Part shown: one piece after another, positions 63,410-64,000 of the stretch | Layout of the letters: each line of letters opens with the position of its first letter | Position numbering within the stretch: the first letter of the stretch is position 1 | DNA from: Lama glama | Taxonomy: Eukaryota | Direction of reading: 5' to 3' | Assembly: GCA_028534125.1 (NCBI GenBank) | Contig: CM052816.1 | Coordinates: 1,178,001-1,242,000, forward strand | DNA: 64,000 bases | Program-made: the position numbers and the translations under genes | The notes under the pieces: generated by a model | Seen by the model: only the letters and a program-made list of their open reading frames with translations | Told to the model about the DNA's origin: nothing | Databases searched by the model: none

Positions 63410-63990
63410 CAGTAGGTATTAGTTGGCTGCCTTAGATTACAAGCAAAAACAAACGAATAATAAGTAACAACCCCCCCAGCAATAAATAAACTTATTATCT
63501 CATATGACTGGAATTCCAGAAGTGAGGAGGGAGGACTCTCAAGTTGACTGATTGCCTTGATCAATAATGTCTTGAAGGGCCTCTGTTCTTTCCACCTCTC
63601 CACTTGCCTAATGCCACATCCTCATGGCCACAGAATGTCTGCGGCATTTCCATACCCCACACTCAGACACTAGGAATCCAGTGACTGGCAAATACATCTT
63701 TGCTTCTGGGGTGACTTTCCTAAGAATGAGGAAGTTTTCCCAGAAGCCCCAAGCCTACTTCCCCCGACATCTCATTGGCTAGAACTAAACATGGTCAGAG
63801 CTGAACCCATCTCTGTTAAGGGCACGAGACCACCAAGTTTGGTTTAAACTCATCAGGATCTCCCTCCTGGGGCAGAGGATGGGATCAGCCTTTCAAAACA
63901 CAAAGCTGCTTGGAAGAAGGGCGGTCAGCTGACAGAGTTCTGCCAGGAAGGAAGAGAAGTGGGGATGGATGTTGGATAGACAGTCTGTAG
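63410..63990 (-). mobile_element. Degraded MaLR (MLT1-like) LTR
   Basis: ttcccagaagcccc...atctcattggctagaac...ggatgttggatagacagtc. Confidence 0.55.
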
Positions 63991-64000
63991 TGTCTTGCAC

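Overview
Eukaryotic (mammalian) genomic DNA, most likely from a camelid, because it carries at least 11 copies of a tRNA-derived SINE resembling camelid vic-1 plus young L1 3' ends. It holds two convergent protein-coding genes. On the + strand are the last four coding exons and 3' UTR of CCNJL (cyclin J-like); its first coding exon is not visible and probably lies upstream of the window. On the - strand is the complete four-exon FABP6 (ileal bile acid-binding protein/gastrotropin, 128 aa), with its TATA box and FXR/RXR IR-1 element. The rest is intronic or intergenic DNA filled with L1, L2, MIR, MaLR/ERV LTRs and DNA-transposon fossils, plus a 500-N assembly gap. I found no evidence of a wholly new multi-gene system, and the long ORFs in the ORF track that do not overlap these exons look spurious. 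The best leads are: (1) a recursive-splice-site configuration (cag|GTAAGT) on an in-frame 303-nt CCNJL exon; (2) an unusual Phe at the FABP6 cooperativity residue 99; (3) a strong CTCF motif between the two gene ends; (4) tandem poly(A) signals bracketing a miRNA-seed cluster; (5) several clean retrotransposon insertion histories. All family assignments are from recall and were not run through a database; repeat boundaries are approximate.
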